From NCBI GenBank assembly GCA_964035545.1, contig CAXIUT010000068.1, positions 1 to 18,516 of the forward strand: a DNA stretch of 18,516 nt. The letters run 5' to 3'. The position numbers were made by a program, and so were the translations under genes. Every line of letters begins with the position of its first letter. Positions within the stretch are counted from its first letter, which is position 1. Shown here in pieces: positions 1-11,580 of this stretch. The notes under the pieces are model-generated. The model ran no database searches. It saw nothing but the letters and a program-made list of their open reading frames with translations, and was not told the origin of the DNA. This DNA comes from Bugula neritina. Taxonomy: Eukaryota; Animalia; Bryozoa.

Positions 1-82
1 CCCAACCCCAACCCCCAACCCCAACCCCAACCCCAACCCCAACCCCAACCCCAACCCCAACCCCAACCCCAACCCCAACCCC
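1..82. repeat. Left telomere, (CCCCAA)n
   Basis: About 14 tandem C4A2 units (one C5 variant) at the 5' end; oligohymenophorean-type telomere repeat. Confidence 0.98.
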
Positions 83-166
83 TTTATTTTTTATTCAAAT
101 ATCAAATACTAAATATTAAATATTCTATAATAATAAAGTAATTTAAATAATATTGGTTCAGAATAA

Positions 167-598
167 TCATTTGTGATTGTTTAACAGCTCTTTGAATTAA
201 TGTTGTACTTTTTTATGATTTATTTGATGATTGTTATTTTTATTTTTCTTCAGTATGATAAAAGGCTAATTTATTAGGGATTAATTCACCTGTTTATGAA
301 CCTTTTATTTCGCTTAAAACACCTCAGGAAATTCCATCATCTCAGATTGTTCATTTATCTCACTTTTACGAGGCTTCCATTCTTCAAATGATCCTTCTGA
401 ATGATGAGAGTTCTTCTAAACTCTATTTATATCATTATTAATAGAAGGAGATTTAGATGATTAGGGAAGAGGATGCCATTTGACCGATGGATATGTCTAT
501 AGACTGTATTATAGCTTTACTGGTTAAAAGGGATATTGAGTAGGTTTCCAATTTTAGTCCACCTATTATATTTTAATTGATGTATAGTTTTATTGCAT
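167..598 (-). CDS. Hypothetical protein, ~143 aa (table 30)
   Basis: Open ATG(598)..TGA(167) with TAR=Glu: MQENYTSIKIEEVDENWKPTQYPFEPVKL...ELLNNHK*. Fills the gap between telomere and POLE2; no recognisable domain. Confidence 0.6.
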
Positions 599-637
599 TA
601 TTTATTATTATTATTATAGAGGTAATAATGATAGTTA

Positions 638-2109
638 TCACTTTATTCTTTTGTCTGGATTTGAATCACACTGTTGCACAATCTCTTTATTCCAAGTTTA
701 TACACTAAGAAACTCTCCATCTCTTTCAAAGTTGCCTGTATTGTATAATCCTCCATGTTTTCCTTTGCTTTTGAAATAACTCATAGGCCCAAGACTATCT
801 GTCACCATAACGATCGTTTATGGATTTATATTGAAATAGTCAACTTGAGGCCAGTAATAATCTTGTCCAACCGCCACTGTCCCTTGACTGTAGATGAGTT
901 CTGTTACTTTAGTTGATAACTATTGATAAAGTATTTGAGATGAATCTACTCCAGCTAAATTTTTAGACGCTATATTTTTTATCAAAGGCATATTAACTAA
1001 CATTATTTCTTTTCCTTCGATTGAAAATTTAGCAGGATTATTGAGAATTGTTGCCCCTTAGATCTTAGTTTTAAGAAGAGCTAGTTTAGGTAATCTTTTT
1101 GGCCCATCTGAATCAATATGAGGAATTAGATAAATTTTACAATTAAACCAAATAGATAGATTATAAGGCTAGTGTTGATTACTTGATAGCATCAAGATAA
1201 GACATGATATTCCATTAGAAAAAGCATCTAGAATTCTTTTTATTTTTTATAAAGTTTTTTTGGTTATTGTTATATTTCCTAAAACTATTGTTGGTTTTAT
1301 TCTCTCTGAAACAGGAGCGTATATGCAGTTATACTTTAAAAATTAATAAGGTTCAAAACCAATTTATTCTTTACTTGATGAAATATTTTGGCAGATTTAT
1401 TTGAATTTTTGTTTGAAAAGAGAATTTTTTTAATCTTGAGGCGAATTAGGTAGAGATATATTTTAAACTTGAAGAGAGATATCTTTTCCTGATTGAAAAC
1501 CTTTGGCAATATAGATACACCCTTTGAGTAAAAAACATTTAGGTTAAAAATGAGCAGGAAAAGATAATTATATATCATTAACTTCATTCTGCATCATCAT
1601 TTTAGATTTTCCATTCTACTTTATTTGAGAATGATCCTCATAAATGTAGCCCAACATACTTCCTTTGGGAACTTATCTATTATTCTCAGATATTCTTTTA
1701 AATTGTCGATGACTTATCTTGAGTTTATCTTAAGGAATGAACTCGAAATGATAAGCCTATGGTTTTTAATTTAAACCTTCATAAAATTATCATTACCATC
1801 TTGAACTATCCTAAAGTAGGGAGATAATGTATAGACAGTTCTTTTTCTAGTTTGTTCTAGGAAGTCATCATAGCTTTTCATTCCTTTGCTATTTAAAGCT
1901 AAAATTTAAAATGCATGTTGAAGTCTTTCTTCTTGATTGAAGTCATCTTTGTTGTCAAGACCAAGATCATCAAGTTTTTTGAGAAGGTCTTCAAGTTTGT
2001 TGGTTTGGCTTTATAGCCAGTTGATAGTTTTTTAAAGACCTTTGCGATTGATAGGATGATTATGTCTTTTAAATAGTTTGATTATTCTCTATTATTGTTC
2101 TGTCAGCAT
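638..2109 (-). CDS. POLE2: DNA polymerase epsilon subunit B (Dpb2), divergent, 483 aa
   Basis: One 20-nt intron (1757-1776). Ordered motifs match Pol epsilon B subunit: CFLLKGCIYIAKG, TIVLGNI..LEKIKRIL, IYLIPHIDSDGPKRLPKLAL, LNNPAKFSIEGKEI, IYSQG..YYWP, VMVTD, YNTGNFERDGEF. Confidence 0.8.
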
Positions 2110-2120
2110 GGCGCCAATTT
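2110..2120 (-). promoter_or_regulatory. E2F-like element (AAATTGGCGCC) abutting the POLE2 start codon
   Basis: One mismatch to TTTSSCGC; GC-rich island in an otherwise A/T spacer. Confidence 0.45.
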
Positions 2121-2156
2121 ATATTATTATTATTATCAAATGAATCAATTATCATT

Positions 2157-2726
2157 TCAGCTATCCCAGTATACTCTATGAGTCATGATGTTGTAAAAGT
2201 CTTCAGCGGTCACAAAACCATCATCATCAAGATCTGCCTTAGCAAACATCTTCTCCAATTCATCATCACTCATGTCTTAGCCCAAGTCCTGAGCCACTCT
2301 TTTTAGCTCAAGAACTGTTATCTTTCCTACTTTATGAGTATCAAAAGAAGCAAATACTTTATTAATTTCTGCTCTACTATCTTTATCACTCAGTTTAGCT
2401 GTGGCTAATTTCAAAAATTAAGGAAAATCGATTCCTCCAGATTAGTCATCATCCAGTTCTGCTAGAATTTGATAAACAAATTTATTTTGACCACTAAATC
2501 CAAGATTGATAAAGGCTTATTTAAGTTATTGAGGATCAATCATTCCAGAACCATCTCCATCAAAAATATCAAATGCTTGTTTGATATCTTTAACTTCTTA
2601 GAGAGGAATGGTCATTGTTACATATTCTTATGGATTGAAAGATTTCTTTTAAGGCTGTTTAGCAATACTTTTTGTACTAGGATTTGATGTTCTATTCGGA
2701 GTCTGCTGAAGAGATCTTTATTTCAT
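2157..2726 (-). CDS. Centrin family EF-hand protein (infraciliary-lattice/spasmin type), 189 aa
   Basis: Intronless. FNPEEYV..EEVKDIKQAFDIFDGDGSGMIDPQELKEAF..LDDDESGGIDFPEFLKL..ELKRVAQDLGEDMSDDEL..ADLDDDGFVTAEDFYNIMT; four EF-hands. Confidence 0.95.
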
Positions 2727-2756
2727 TCAAAATTTAACTGTTATATAGTATAAAAA

Positions 2757-4349
2757 TCATAGAATATCATTCTTAATTGCTTTCCTTTTTGCTTTTTTTA
2801 CTCTCTTTTTAAGAGTTCTAAAGACTTTAAAGGCCAAGTTAATTTGATAAAGAGAATATTTTTTGATATTGAAGTTAATTATTTATTACACATTATGTGA
2901 ATACTTTGGAAGAGTCTTTTTATCAGGAGATGTTCTTATTTAATATTCTGGTTTGAAATTAATAATTTAAGTTTATCTATTTAAACTCTTAGCATCACTC
3001 ATGCTCAACTCTAGTTATATTTATTCTTAATTTCTTATTTATTCTTATTCAGTAAATTTTGTATTTTCTATAGTTTATACTAACTTTTTAGGTATTTAAA
3101 CTTTTTTAACCATATTTTAGGCTGTAAGTATTTATGAACATTTATTAAGAACTATCTATGTCATCACTTCTAGATATTACTTGCAATAAACAAAAAAAGG
3201 AATTTGTTAATAAATAAAATCTGTTTATTGTAGCTAGTGTTTTTAATAAAATTGATTCCATTTGGTTTATTTGATTGGAATTAATGTTTTTGTATTAGGT
3301 TATTACCAATTTGCTAGTTTATTCATCGGATGTTCTTTTAGATGTTTTTGAGGTATTTTTTACATATATTTAGCTGGATACGACATCAAGCTAGCAGTTT
3401 TAACTCCTCCAGCATTAATTCTAGCTTAAACTTAAGGAATTGAATCTTCATGAATGATTCCTAGTTTAGCAAATACATGGAGAAGATTTTGATTTTATTT
3501 TGACTGATTTTGTTTATTTAAATAGTTGATAAGAGTTTTATCGTGTCTAGCTGAAAACTTTAAAAGTATTGTATCAAAAATATTATGAAAAAGATTGTGA
3601 TTCATCTAAATATATGATTATTAAGATGGCTTTTAGTTTATTATTATTTCACAAACAGGTTTTATGATCTAGTAGATTGTGGTAAGAAGACTTGTAATTG
3701 ACATATTTCTTAGAGTTTATTGAGTGGGATAAATATATTGATTTTTGAGAGTTTCTAATAACAAGTTTATTTTTTATTTTTATTCTAGAGTCTATGCTAT
3801 TTCTTTAGGAATATTTTGAAAATTAAGTTTATTTTATTTCTAATTATCACTATTCTATAGTATTGATATTATCTTTTCTGATTTTAAAAGAAAAGTAAAC
3901 ATATTTTTTGCTATATTTTAACTCATTTTCGAATGAATCTATCTACTTTTTTGAGTTATTTTGATATCTTAGAACGTCGATATTTCTTTGAATATCGATA
4001 TCACATAATCTTAATATCCATACTGCAAAGGATTCATTCTGATTTTAATATGTTTGATTTTACCTGGATTAACTATTCTTCTTAGTTCTTGCACTCTCTC
4101 TATACAATTATAACTGAGATTTATCGATTCTAATGACTAGTAGAGTTCTATTCCTTACAGACTGATGATTTTATTGTGTGAAAGATAGAGATGAAGGATC
4201 TGATGTGGCAGTGATGTCGTTGGAATTTTAGTAAGAGACTAATGATTATGTTTTATTGTTGACTGAATTACCTTTTTAGGAAGAGAACGAGGCATACTTT
4301 AACATGTATCATCTGATTATGACCTTCTCGTTGAGGTTTGTTTTTTCAT
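2757..4349 (-). CDS. Leucine-rich repeat protein (N-terminal SDS22-like LRRs), 530 aa
   Basis: TGA-free frame of 531 codons; LHLYLSHNKIISLEGIELYESLESINLSYNCIERVQEL..IKIRMNPL; basic C-terminus. Confidence 0.8.
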
Positions 4350-4439
4350 TAATTTGAATTGAAAGTTATAATTAGGCTCAATTAACTATTATCTGATTTT
4401 AAATATAGATATTAAGGTAATATATATAAATAATTTTAA

Positions 4440-5600
4440 TCAAAAAAGTATCATTTGGGAACTAGGAGCTTCTACCACTTCGACAAATCTTGCCATACCT
4501 TAAAGTACTAACTTTGATCCTTGTCTTTTTTTAGATCTTTGATATTATTATTTGATGCTTTTATTAATAACGTTAGGAGTAGTTTTAATTTTATGTTATT
4601 AAATATTTACGTTTTATAGTTATTTTTAAGGACAACAAGATCTCATCTTCTCAGTTTCTGTGAGTCTTCTTTTTCTTGAGATCGACTAGTTCTTAGTTAA
4701 ATTTATTTATTTTGATTACATAATGGTTTTAGCTTGTAAATTGATATTTATTTAATATTGAGGGCAAATAAAACACTTTTCAGATCTTTTATTCTTTTTA
4801 AAATGAGTTTTTAAGAATATTTAATCTTATTTTTTAGCATATCTATCTGGAAGTTCACTACATCTGAACGATTCAAGTTAATATTATATAGAAGGATGAA
4901 ACTTTGATATATTTTTATTTTTATGATTATTATTTCTTTTAATAAGGCTTTATGAATGTTCATGGACAGATTATGTACGATTAATCGATGAAAAGCTAGG
5001 ATTAATAAATTATGAGTGATTAAGATTGATTTTTCTTAATTTTTACCTTTATAATTTAGCCCTTTTGACTGCATTAGATAAATTATTGGTTATTTTATAT
5101 TTTTAAGTGAAATAATTAATTTCCTTTTTAAGTTACTTTTATAATATTTCTATTTTATTAGATGAATTCTTTATAATAGTAATAAAGTTTTTCTTCTATT
5201 CTTATATTGCACTATTCAAAAGAAAATTCTTATCTGAAGAAAGAACTGATATTATGTCAAGAATCTTCCTAAAAGCTGATAAGAATTTATTGACTTCGTT
5301 TGGTTAAAATATAATTTCTTTCTGTTTTTCTATTTTTATTTAACCTTTAGGAGTTATTTTGAATTACTTGTCACTTATTTTAACTTTGTATCCTTTACTG
5401 AGAGATTTAAAATAGTACTTTAAAAGTATTCCTAAGGTATACAAACATTCCTATGGAAGTAATTGTCCCCTGAAATCTGATAGAAGAACATCTTAAGTAT
5501 CATTATCCCTATATAGAGCTGACTTGAGGTGGATTTAGCTGTTAAATAAAGATTGTCTATTGGTGATTTAGAATGAGTCGATAGAAGAAGATAATCCCAT
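4440..5600 (-). CDS. Hypothetical protein with N-myristoylation motif, 386 aa
   Basis: TGA-free frame of 387 codons starting MGLSSSIDSF (G2, S6); coiled-coil-like middle. Confidence 0.75.
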
Positions 5601-5665
5601 CTTCTATTAGATATAATTATCTGATTTGACAGATAAATAAGTAGATATTAGATTTTATAATAATA

Positions 5666-8621
5666 ATGAGTCTACTCCGACCAGAAGATTTAGTTCACTA
5701 TCGAGCAGGTTTAAACCCATACTGGGCTGAACTCATCAGCACTGTTGATTAGTTTGATCAACTTATGGAATTAGGTATTTTAGTAAATATTAAGAAAAAA
5801 AATAGATCGCAACTTCAATTAAATAATTTAACTTAAAACGAGTTTAGTTAGTTCGTCAATTTAGTTAATTCAAAGATAGTTTGAGGTTTTAGGGAGAGGT
5901 CCCTAAACAAGATATTTGCTTTATATAAATGAGTTAATTTCATTCTGTATTTAAAGGTCAACATCACGAAATCATTGACATGATTGAAAAAGTTATACTG
6001 GAGCCTAAAGTAGTAGCATAACTTTTGGGAAGTTATGATGATACTAAAAGACTTAAGTTTTAAGACTTTTTGCAAAATATAGTGTTCAATATTTATCCAT
6101 ACTACTTGCCAACAAGTAAAAAGGCTCCAATGGTTACTTTTATCAACGAACTTTTCAATAAATGGCCATACAATATCGATCTGGTGAGACCAACTCATTA
6201 TACTTTAGTGGATCAGGCAATAGGAGGTCTAATGAAGGCTCCATCGATAGTGTGCTATATTGAAAAAATAGTAAGTTTTTTCTTGAATGAAGCAGCAAAG
6301 TGTCATATGTCAACTTTTGCATTTGATGAATAAGCGTAAATTTGAATTATTGAAGAGTTAACAACGAAATTCAAGTCAAAAAACAAGGACATGCGACCTT
6401 TTCTCATCAACCTTCCAAACAGGTCAGCTGGAAAGATAAAATCAAAGGCTTTTTCAGAAAATAAAAAAATTAAGAAGAAGAACTTATTAGTTCAAGATTA
6501 ACATCGCAATCATCAACTATAGCTTTTAATGATATAAGTTTTTTAAGTCAAGGTAGTTTAGAAGAATAAAAAAATAATTTAGGAGATATTATGAGAAGAA
6601 GACAAACTTCTTTTTTTGAACTTATTCATAACACTACTGAGTACATCCTTAATCAAGAAATGCCTATTTTTCTTTGCAGGATGTTGGTCAGTTTTGATAA
6701 ATACTTGGATAAAGTTTGTCCAAATAAATTCTAAATAAGACTAAAGCACTATTGCTATTTTATAATGACTAATCTTATTTTGGCATAGTTGCATAATAAA
6801 TTTACAGGTATTATGATTTTTAAATTAGTTTCTTGTCAATAACTCGGAATGACTCCAGCCGATCTTCAAAATATTGGATAAGTTATTAAAATATTAAATG
6901 GACTTTTTCAAGGAATCATTTCAGATGCTGAAAAATATAGAGTTAAAGCTATTCAATATTTAGGATAATTTAAACATAGAATTGAAACTTTTTATACTAA
7001 TGCTCTAGCAAGAGGTAAACTTGATCAAAATGATGAAGGTTAACTCTTAGAAAATCTGTTGTCTCACTATTAAAGATCTGTAGTATTGTCATTAAATGAT
7101 TTAAATTTAATAATCAAATTAATACAGGCAAAACCTCCCAAACATTCTTTTTAGAATAGATAGAAATTAAATGATTCTTTAAAAATAAAGGAATTAAGTT
7201 AATTATTTGAAGAATTCAATAAAAAAACTTTAAAATACAAAGGAATAAACCGTTCTCCTGAACATATATACATAGTATACTAGAGCAAAAATCCTTCAAT
7301 GAGATAGATAATAGATTTTTATCTCATAGCTGATTAACCTATCTCAGATATTCCTTTGATTCGATAAATACTTATCGGACAAAGTAATTTATAAATTCAA
7401 CAAACTTTATAAATCTAAAATGATCTCAAGTTGATTCAAAAGTTACCGATAAAAGATATAAGAGGTTTTATATAAAAATTAGCTCATAAATTTAGATAAC
7501 TTCGAGTCAAAGATGGTAGATTGTTACAAGCTAAATTTCAATAATCATTTAAAAATACATTATCTCGTTCTTTGAGAAGAAAATAATGGTTACTTTACTA
7601 TCGAGCTTAGTTGAGTCAGAGGTTAGGATTTTAAGGTAATTTAATGAGTTATTTTACTGGATAGCTAAATAGCGCTCAATTTTATTAAAGAATAGCATCC
7701 TTATTTTGCGAGAATGTAAAGTTAAAAATATACTTAAACATTGAAAATAATATATTTTGTTTCCATAAGTCAGCATAGTAGTTAAAAAAGATTCAGATAA
7801 CTACAATGATGGGTATTATTCGAATAATATAGTTGCTAAGGATGATTCTAAGAGTAATAGTAGTAACGATAATTATATCTTAAGAAATTCTTTTAAGATG
7901 TTTGATAATTTTAAAGAAATTATCAGATGTATTTCTAAAAATGAAATTACATGGACTGCTCTAACAAGAGGAAGACACATTGATTAGTTTAACGCTGTTT
8001 TTCAAGATATCGCTGGAAATATTACTTAAAAGATTAGAGACTTTATTACTAAAAAACAAATTATGCAAGTTCTTAGTGAAGATAAACTTTCTTAAATTGT
8101 TGTAATGAAAATGCAAAATAAAATCATAGAAAGGTAATTAAATATATATTTAGATTTCATCAATAAAAGCTTAAAAATGATAGAGATAAAGAGTTATTCG
8201 ATAGTAGTCAAAAAATAAATAAAGACTAATTTTGGAGAAAAGATCTTGAATAACTTGGCTTAGATAGATAGTTTATAGTGACTCAGGGAGTATAAAAATT
8301 CAAAATATTGATATAGGCTAAAAATATAAGTATAAAACTCAAGCACTTTGGTTAACTGTTTAAAGTTTTATTTACTATACTAGGATTTACAATGCCAAAA
8401 AATAAGATATCAGCTTAGATAGTGAATCCTTTGGTTCAATTTATAATAGTAGAGTGTTCATATTTGAAGCACCATGAGTGTCTCTAGTATATATATATTA
8501 ATATAGTTCAATACAAGCCTTAAAATGGAGATAAACTCCTTAAGATGTGTATCATCTCACTCTATATCAATCCGCTTTGACTTATATAAGATAATTAATG
8601 CCTCAAGATTATCCTCTTTGA
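5666..8621 (+). CDS. VPS9-domain Rab5-GEF-like protein, GAPVD1/RME-6-like architecture, ~950 aa
   Basis: Five 20-nt introns (5775-5794, 6336-6355, 7813-7832, 8134-8153, 8487-8506) and a possible 21-nt one (6808-6828) give a continuous frame. C-terminus KLKHFGELFKVL..ISAEIVNPLVQFIIVEC..DVYHLTLYQSALTYIREL resembles VPS9; an N-terminal RasGAP-like region is only tentative. Confidence 0.65.
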
Positions 8622-8687
8622 TATTATAATTCACTATTTAACGCACGTCATATCAACATCATATAATAATTATTGTAAACAAAGATA

Positions 8688-9661
8688 ATGCACTTGTTTC
8701 AAGTTGCTTTTTACGCCTCTGGTATTTTCTATGCTTTATTTATCGATAGAGCAATACTTATTCCTTTCTTTGTAGTTGTGGCTTTATACTTCATCATTGG
8801 AGCAATTCTACCCGGAGCCAAAGAAATCTCTATTCGCAAAAAAATCATGTTAGCTACATGGACTCATCCAAGTGAAGGAAATATCATCTGCAGAGTGCCT
8901 GTCAGAACTGAAAAAGTGATGAAAGCTATTGAGTAAATACCAAAATAGAAGCGACCAAGTATGACGCATTTTTGCTTGAAAGCTTTGTCTGAAGTTTTAG
9001 TCAATCAACCAAATCTCAACGGAACACTTACTTTGGGAAAGGTACTTATAGTTTAACTTAGTTCATTCCTTATCAATCAGTGGATGTGAGTTGTTTAGTT
9101 GATATCGGAGGAGGAAAAGATCTGGCAATGGTTTGTATGCGAGGAGTGGACAAGATGTCAGTTGAAGATATTTTAGAAGATATCAAGATCAAAGCTATGA
9201 AGATGAAAAAAACTGATGGAGGAGATCAACATAAAAAACAAATGAAGCCTTTCAAACTAGTCCCAGCTTGCATTGTTGGTGTCATGACTGAAATCATAAG
9301 TTTTGTTGTTAACAAACTTGGAATTTCTATTCCTGCTATGAAGGCTGAAAAACATGCTTTAGGAGCAGCCATGTTGACTTCTTTAGGCTCTTTGGGATTT
9401 TAAGATGCTATTGCTCCTTTTACTGGATTTGCTAACTGTTCCATGATATTATCTGCTAATGCAATCACCAAACAACCAGTGGTTGAAGGAGACAAAGTGG
9501 AAGTAGGAGATGTGATGAACTGCAACTTTGTAGTTGACCATCGATACATAGATGGAGGCAATTGCACAAAATTGATTTCTGTTTTTCAAGATGTTTTCAA
9601 ATACCCAGAAAGGTACATGAATAAAGGAATGAAAGAAAAGGAATTGAAAAAAGAAAAATGA
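8688..9661 (+). CDS. 2-oxoacid dehydrogenase E2-type acyltransferase catalytic domain with N-terminal membrane anchor, no lipoyl domain, 317 aa
   Basis: Joins three track ORFs via TAR=Glu and intron 9042-9061. Motifs SIRKKIMLATW, THFCLKAL..PNLNG, LTSLGSLGFEDAIAP, KQPVVEGD, VDHRYIDG. Confidence 0.9.
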
Positions 9662-9704
9662 TCATTCAAATCATTTATAGCTTAATAATATATTTACTTC
9701 TAAA

Positions 9705-10605
9705 TCAAGTTGAATGATAGATAATTTAAGTTTTAGAACTTTTTGCTAGAGCCTTTATCGCCTAGAGATATCGAATTTGAAAAGCTGTAGAACTATCAAG
9801 CAGTTTAGAACCTTAGCTTAACATTTGTGATATCTGCACTTGACCTTGAGCCTTTATGATTTTACTCATGCCTACCCTCCTGGCAACTGGAGGAGAAGTC
9901 AAATCTTGTTCTAACTTAGAACTTATTTTGAAATCTTATTTCATTCATAGTTACTTTTAAGAAGAATTTAATTAAGAGTAACTCCAATAAGTTGAAGTGC
10001 TGCTCCTGTCTGTCTGGTAATTTCTTAAGAAATTTCTTTTTTATTTTAAATAAGTTCTTGGAAAGTGAATAATCCAACATTTTTCTTAATAAATCTATCT
10101 GTAGCTTTAATAACTGTCCTTTCATAGCTGACAGTTCTGTAGTAGGCAAGTACTGGCTATGATATATTGTAGTATGCACAGGCTTCAATAACAATTTAGA
10201 TATTATCTATAATAGACTTGAAGATACCCTTTGTAAGTGTTTTATTTTTAGGAAGACTTTGTGCAATCAATCTGCAATCAAAGATAACCATATCTTGTGA
10301 TATCGGATTGATAGTGTGCAATCCTGCTTGTTTTGTTTTTTTGTATTTTCCAAATCTGAATAAGGTGATATTAACTCCAAAAGTAGACCTTTACTTCCCT
10401 GGGGAATAGAAATATGAGGGTCATGACAACAACAGCAAAAGCATCCGAAACAAGGTAGATAAGATTTACAACATCCAATACACTATCCACAACTGATAAG
10501 ATATTATCCATTTGAAGGCATCTAGTCATCACCATCAATCCACAAGAAACCTTCCTTTTTGTCTTATTCTTTCATATATACTCTTTATTTTGAATCGTTT
10601 TTCAT
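9705..10605 (-). CDS. Stomatin/SPFH (band 7) protein, paralog B, 279 aa
   Basis: Introns 10356-10375, 10207-10227 (21 nt), 9935-9954. Cys-rich N-terminus, IPQGSKGLLLEFGKY..GLHTINP, LTKDNI, FQELIENKKEIS, ARRVGMSKIIKA, QIRYLE. Confidence 0.9.
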
Positions 10606-10662
10606 TAAAAACCTAGTTTGAAGCTAAATCATTATACTATCAATTATAACAGATTTAATAAG

Positions 10663-11529
10663 TCATTTAGAACGATAAATCAAACGACTTTTTGGATTTC
10701 TACCGATATCTTAAAGAGTCTGTAAGTATCTCACCTGAATAGCTGTTTGAGAATCTAATATTTTTGATCTCTGACTCAACATTCTAGCTATTTCTACTTG
10801 TCCTTAAGCACTGATTATTTTACTCTATCCAGCTCTTCTTGCTATTGGAGCTGAAACAAGTTCCTTTTACAATTACCTGCTTATGGCAAAATCTTAATAA
10901 CAAGATAGCTACTTTTGAGACAAACATTATCAATTGTTACACCCATAATGTTGATTACAGGTTGAACTTGCTTTTGAATATCATCTGAAATTTATTGTTT
11001 TTTCTATAATAGTTCTTGAAATGTAAATGAAGCTACTGTATTCTTGATCAATCCCCCAACTGCTTTAATAAGGGAGCCTTCCATATTATTAACTCTGTAA
11101 TATGCGAGACATGGCTAGGAAATATGATAATACATGCATGAATCTACACTTATACCTATGTTATCTAAAATATTTAGAAAATACCTCTTGTCATTAGTTT
11201 TTGAATTGGAAGAGGCTTTACTACAATTCTACAGTCAATCATTATCATTTTTTAAGCAAGAGGATTGACATAGTGTAAACCTGAAGAACAAGTTTTTTTG
11301 TACTTGCCAAATCTTAATAATCAAAGTATTACACTGTAAGAATACCTTTACTTCCTTGGGGAACTGAAATAAATGGATCTGCACAACAACAGCAAAAACA
11401 ACCACAACAAGGAACCCATGCTTTGCACCAACCAGCACATTGCCCGCAGCATATGAGACTATTGCCTATTGCTGGTAACTCTTCTTATCCTTGAACATAA
11501 TCAAGCCCTTCTTCTCTTTAACTTTTCAT
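10663..11529 (-). CDS. Stomatin/SPFH (band 7) protein, paralog A, 268 aa
   Basis: Introns 11313-11332, 11165-11184, 10893-10912. VPQGSKGILTVFGKY..GLHYVNP, MTRDNI, FQELLEKKQEIS, ARRAGESKIISAEG, AIQVRYLQTL. Confidence 0.9.
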
Positions 11530-11580
11530 TTATTAAAAAATATAAAGTCAAATGATGAAAATATGAATTTATCTTCCCCT

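Noticed and set aside
1-82. C5/G5 variant units in telomere tracts as a second repeat type
   Set aside because: Only three cases; indistinguishable from homopolymer sequencing error.
2157-2726. Standard ciliate code (TAR=Gln) or a split code with UAA=Lys
   Set aside because: TAA occupies invariant Glu positions in EF-hands and Ubc6, and TAG occurs at acidic sites and in Glu runs.
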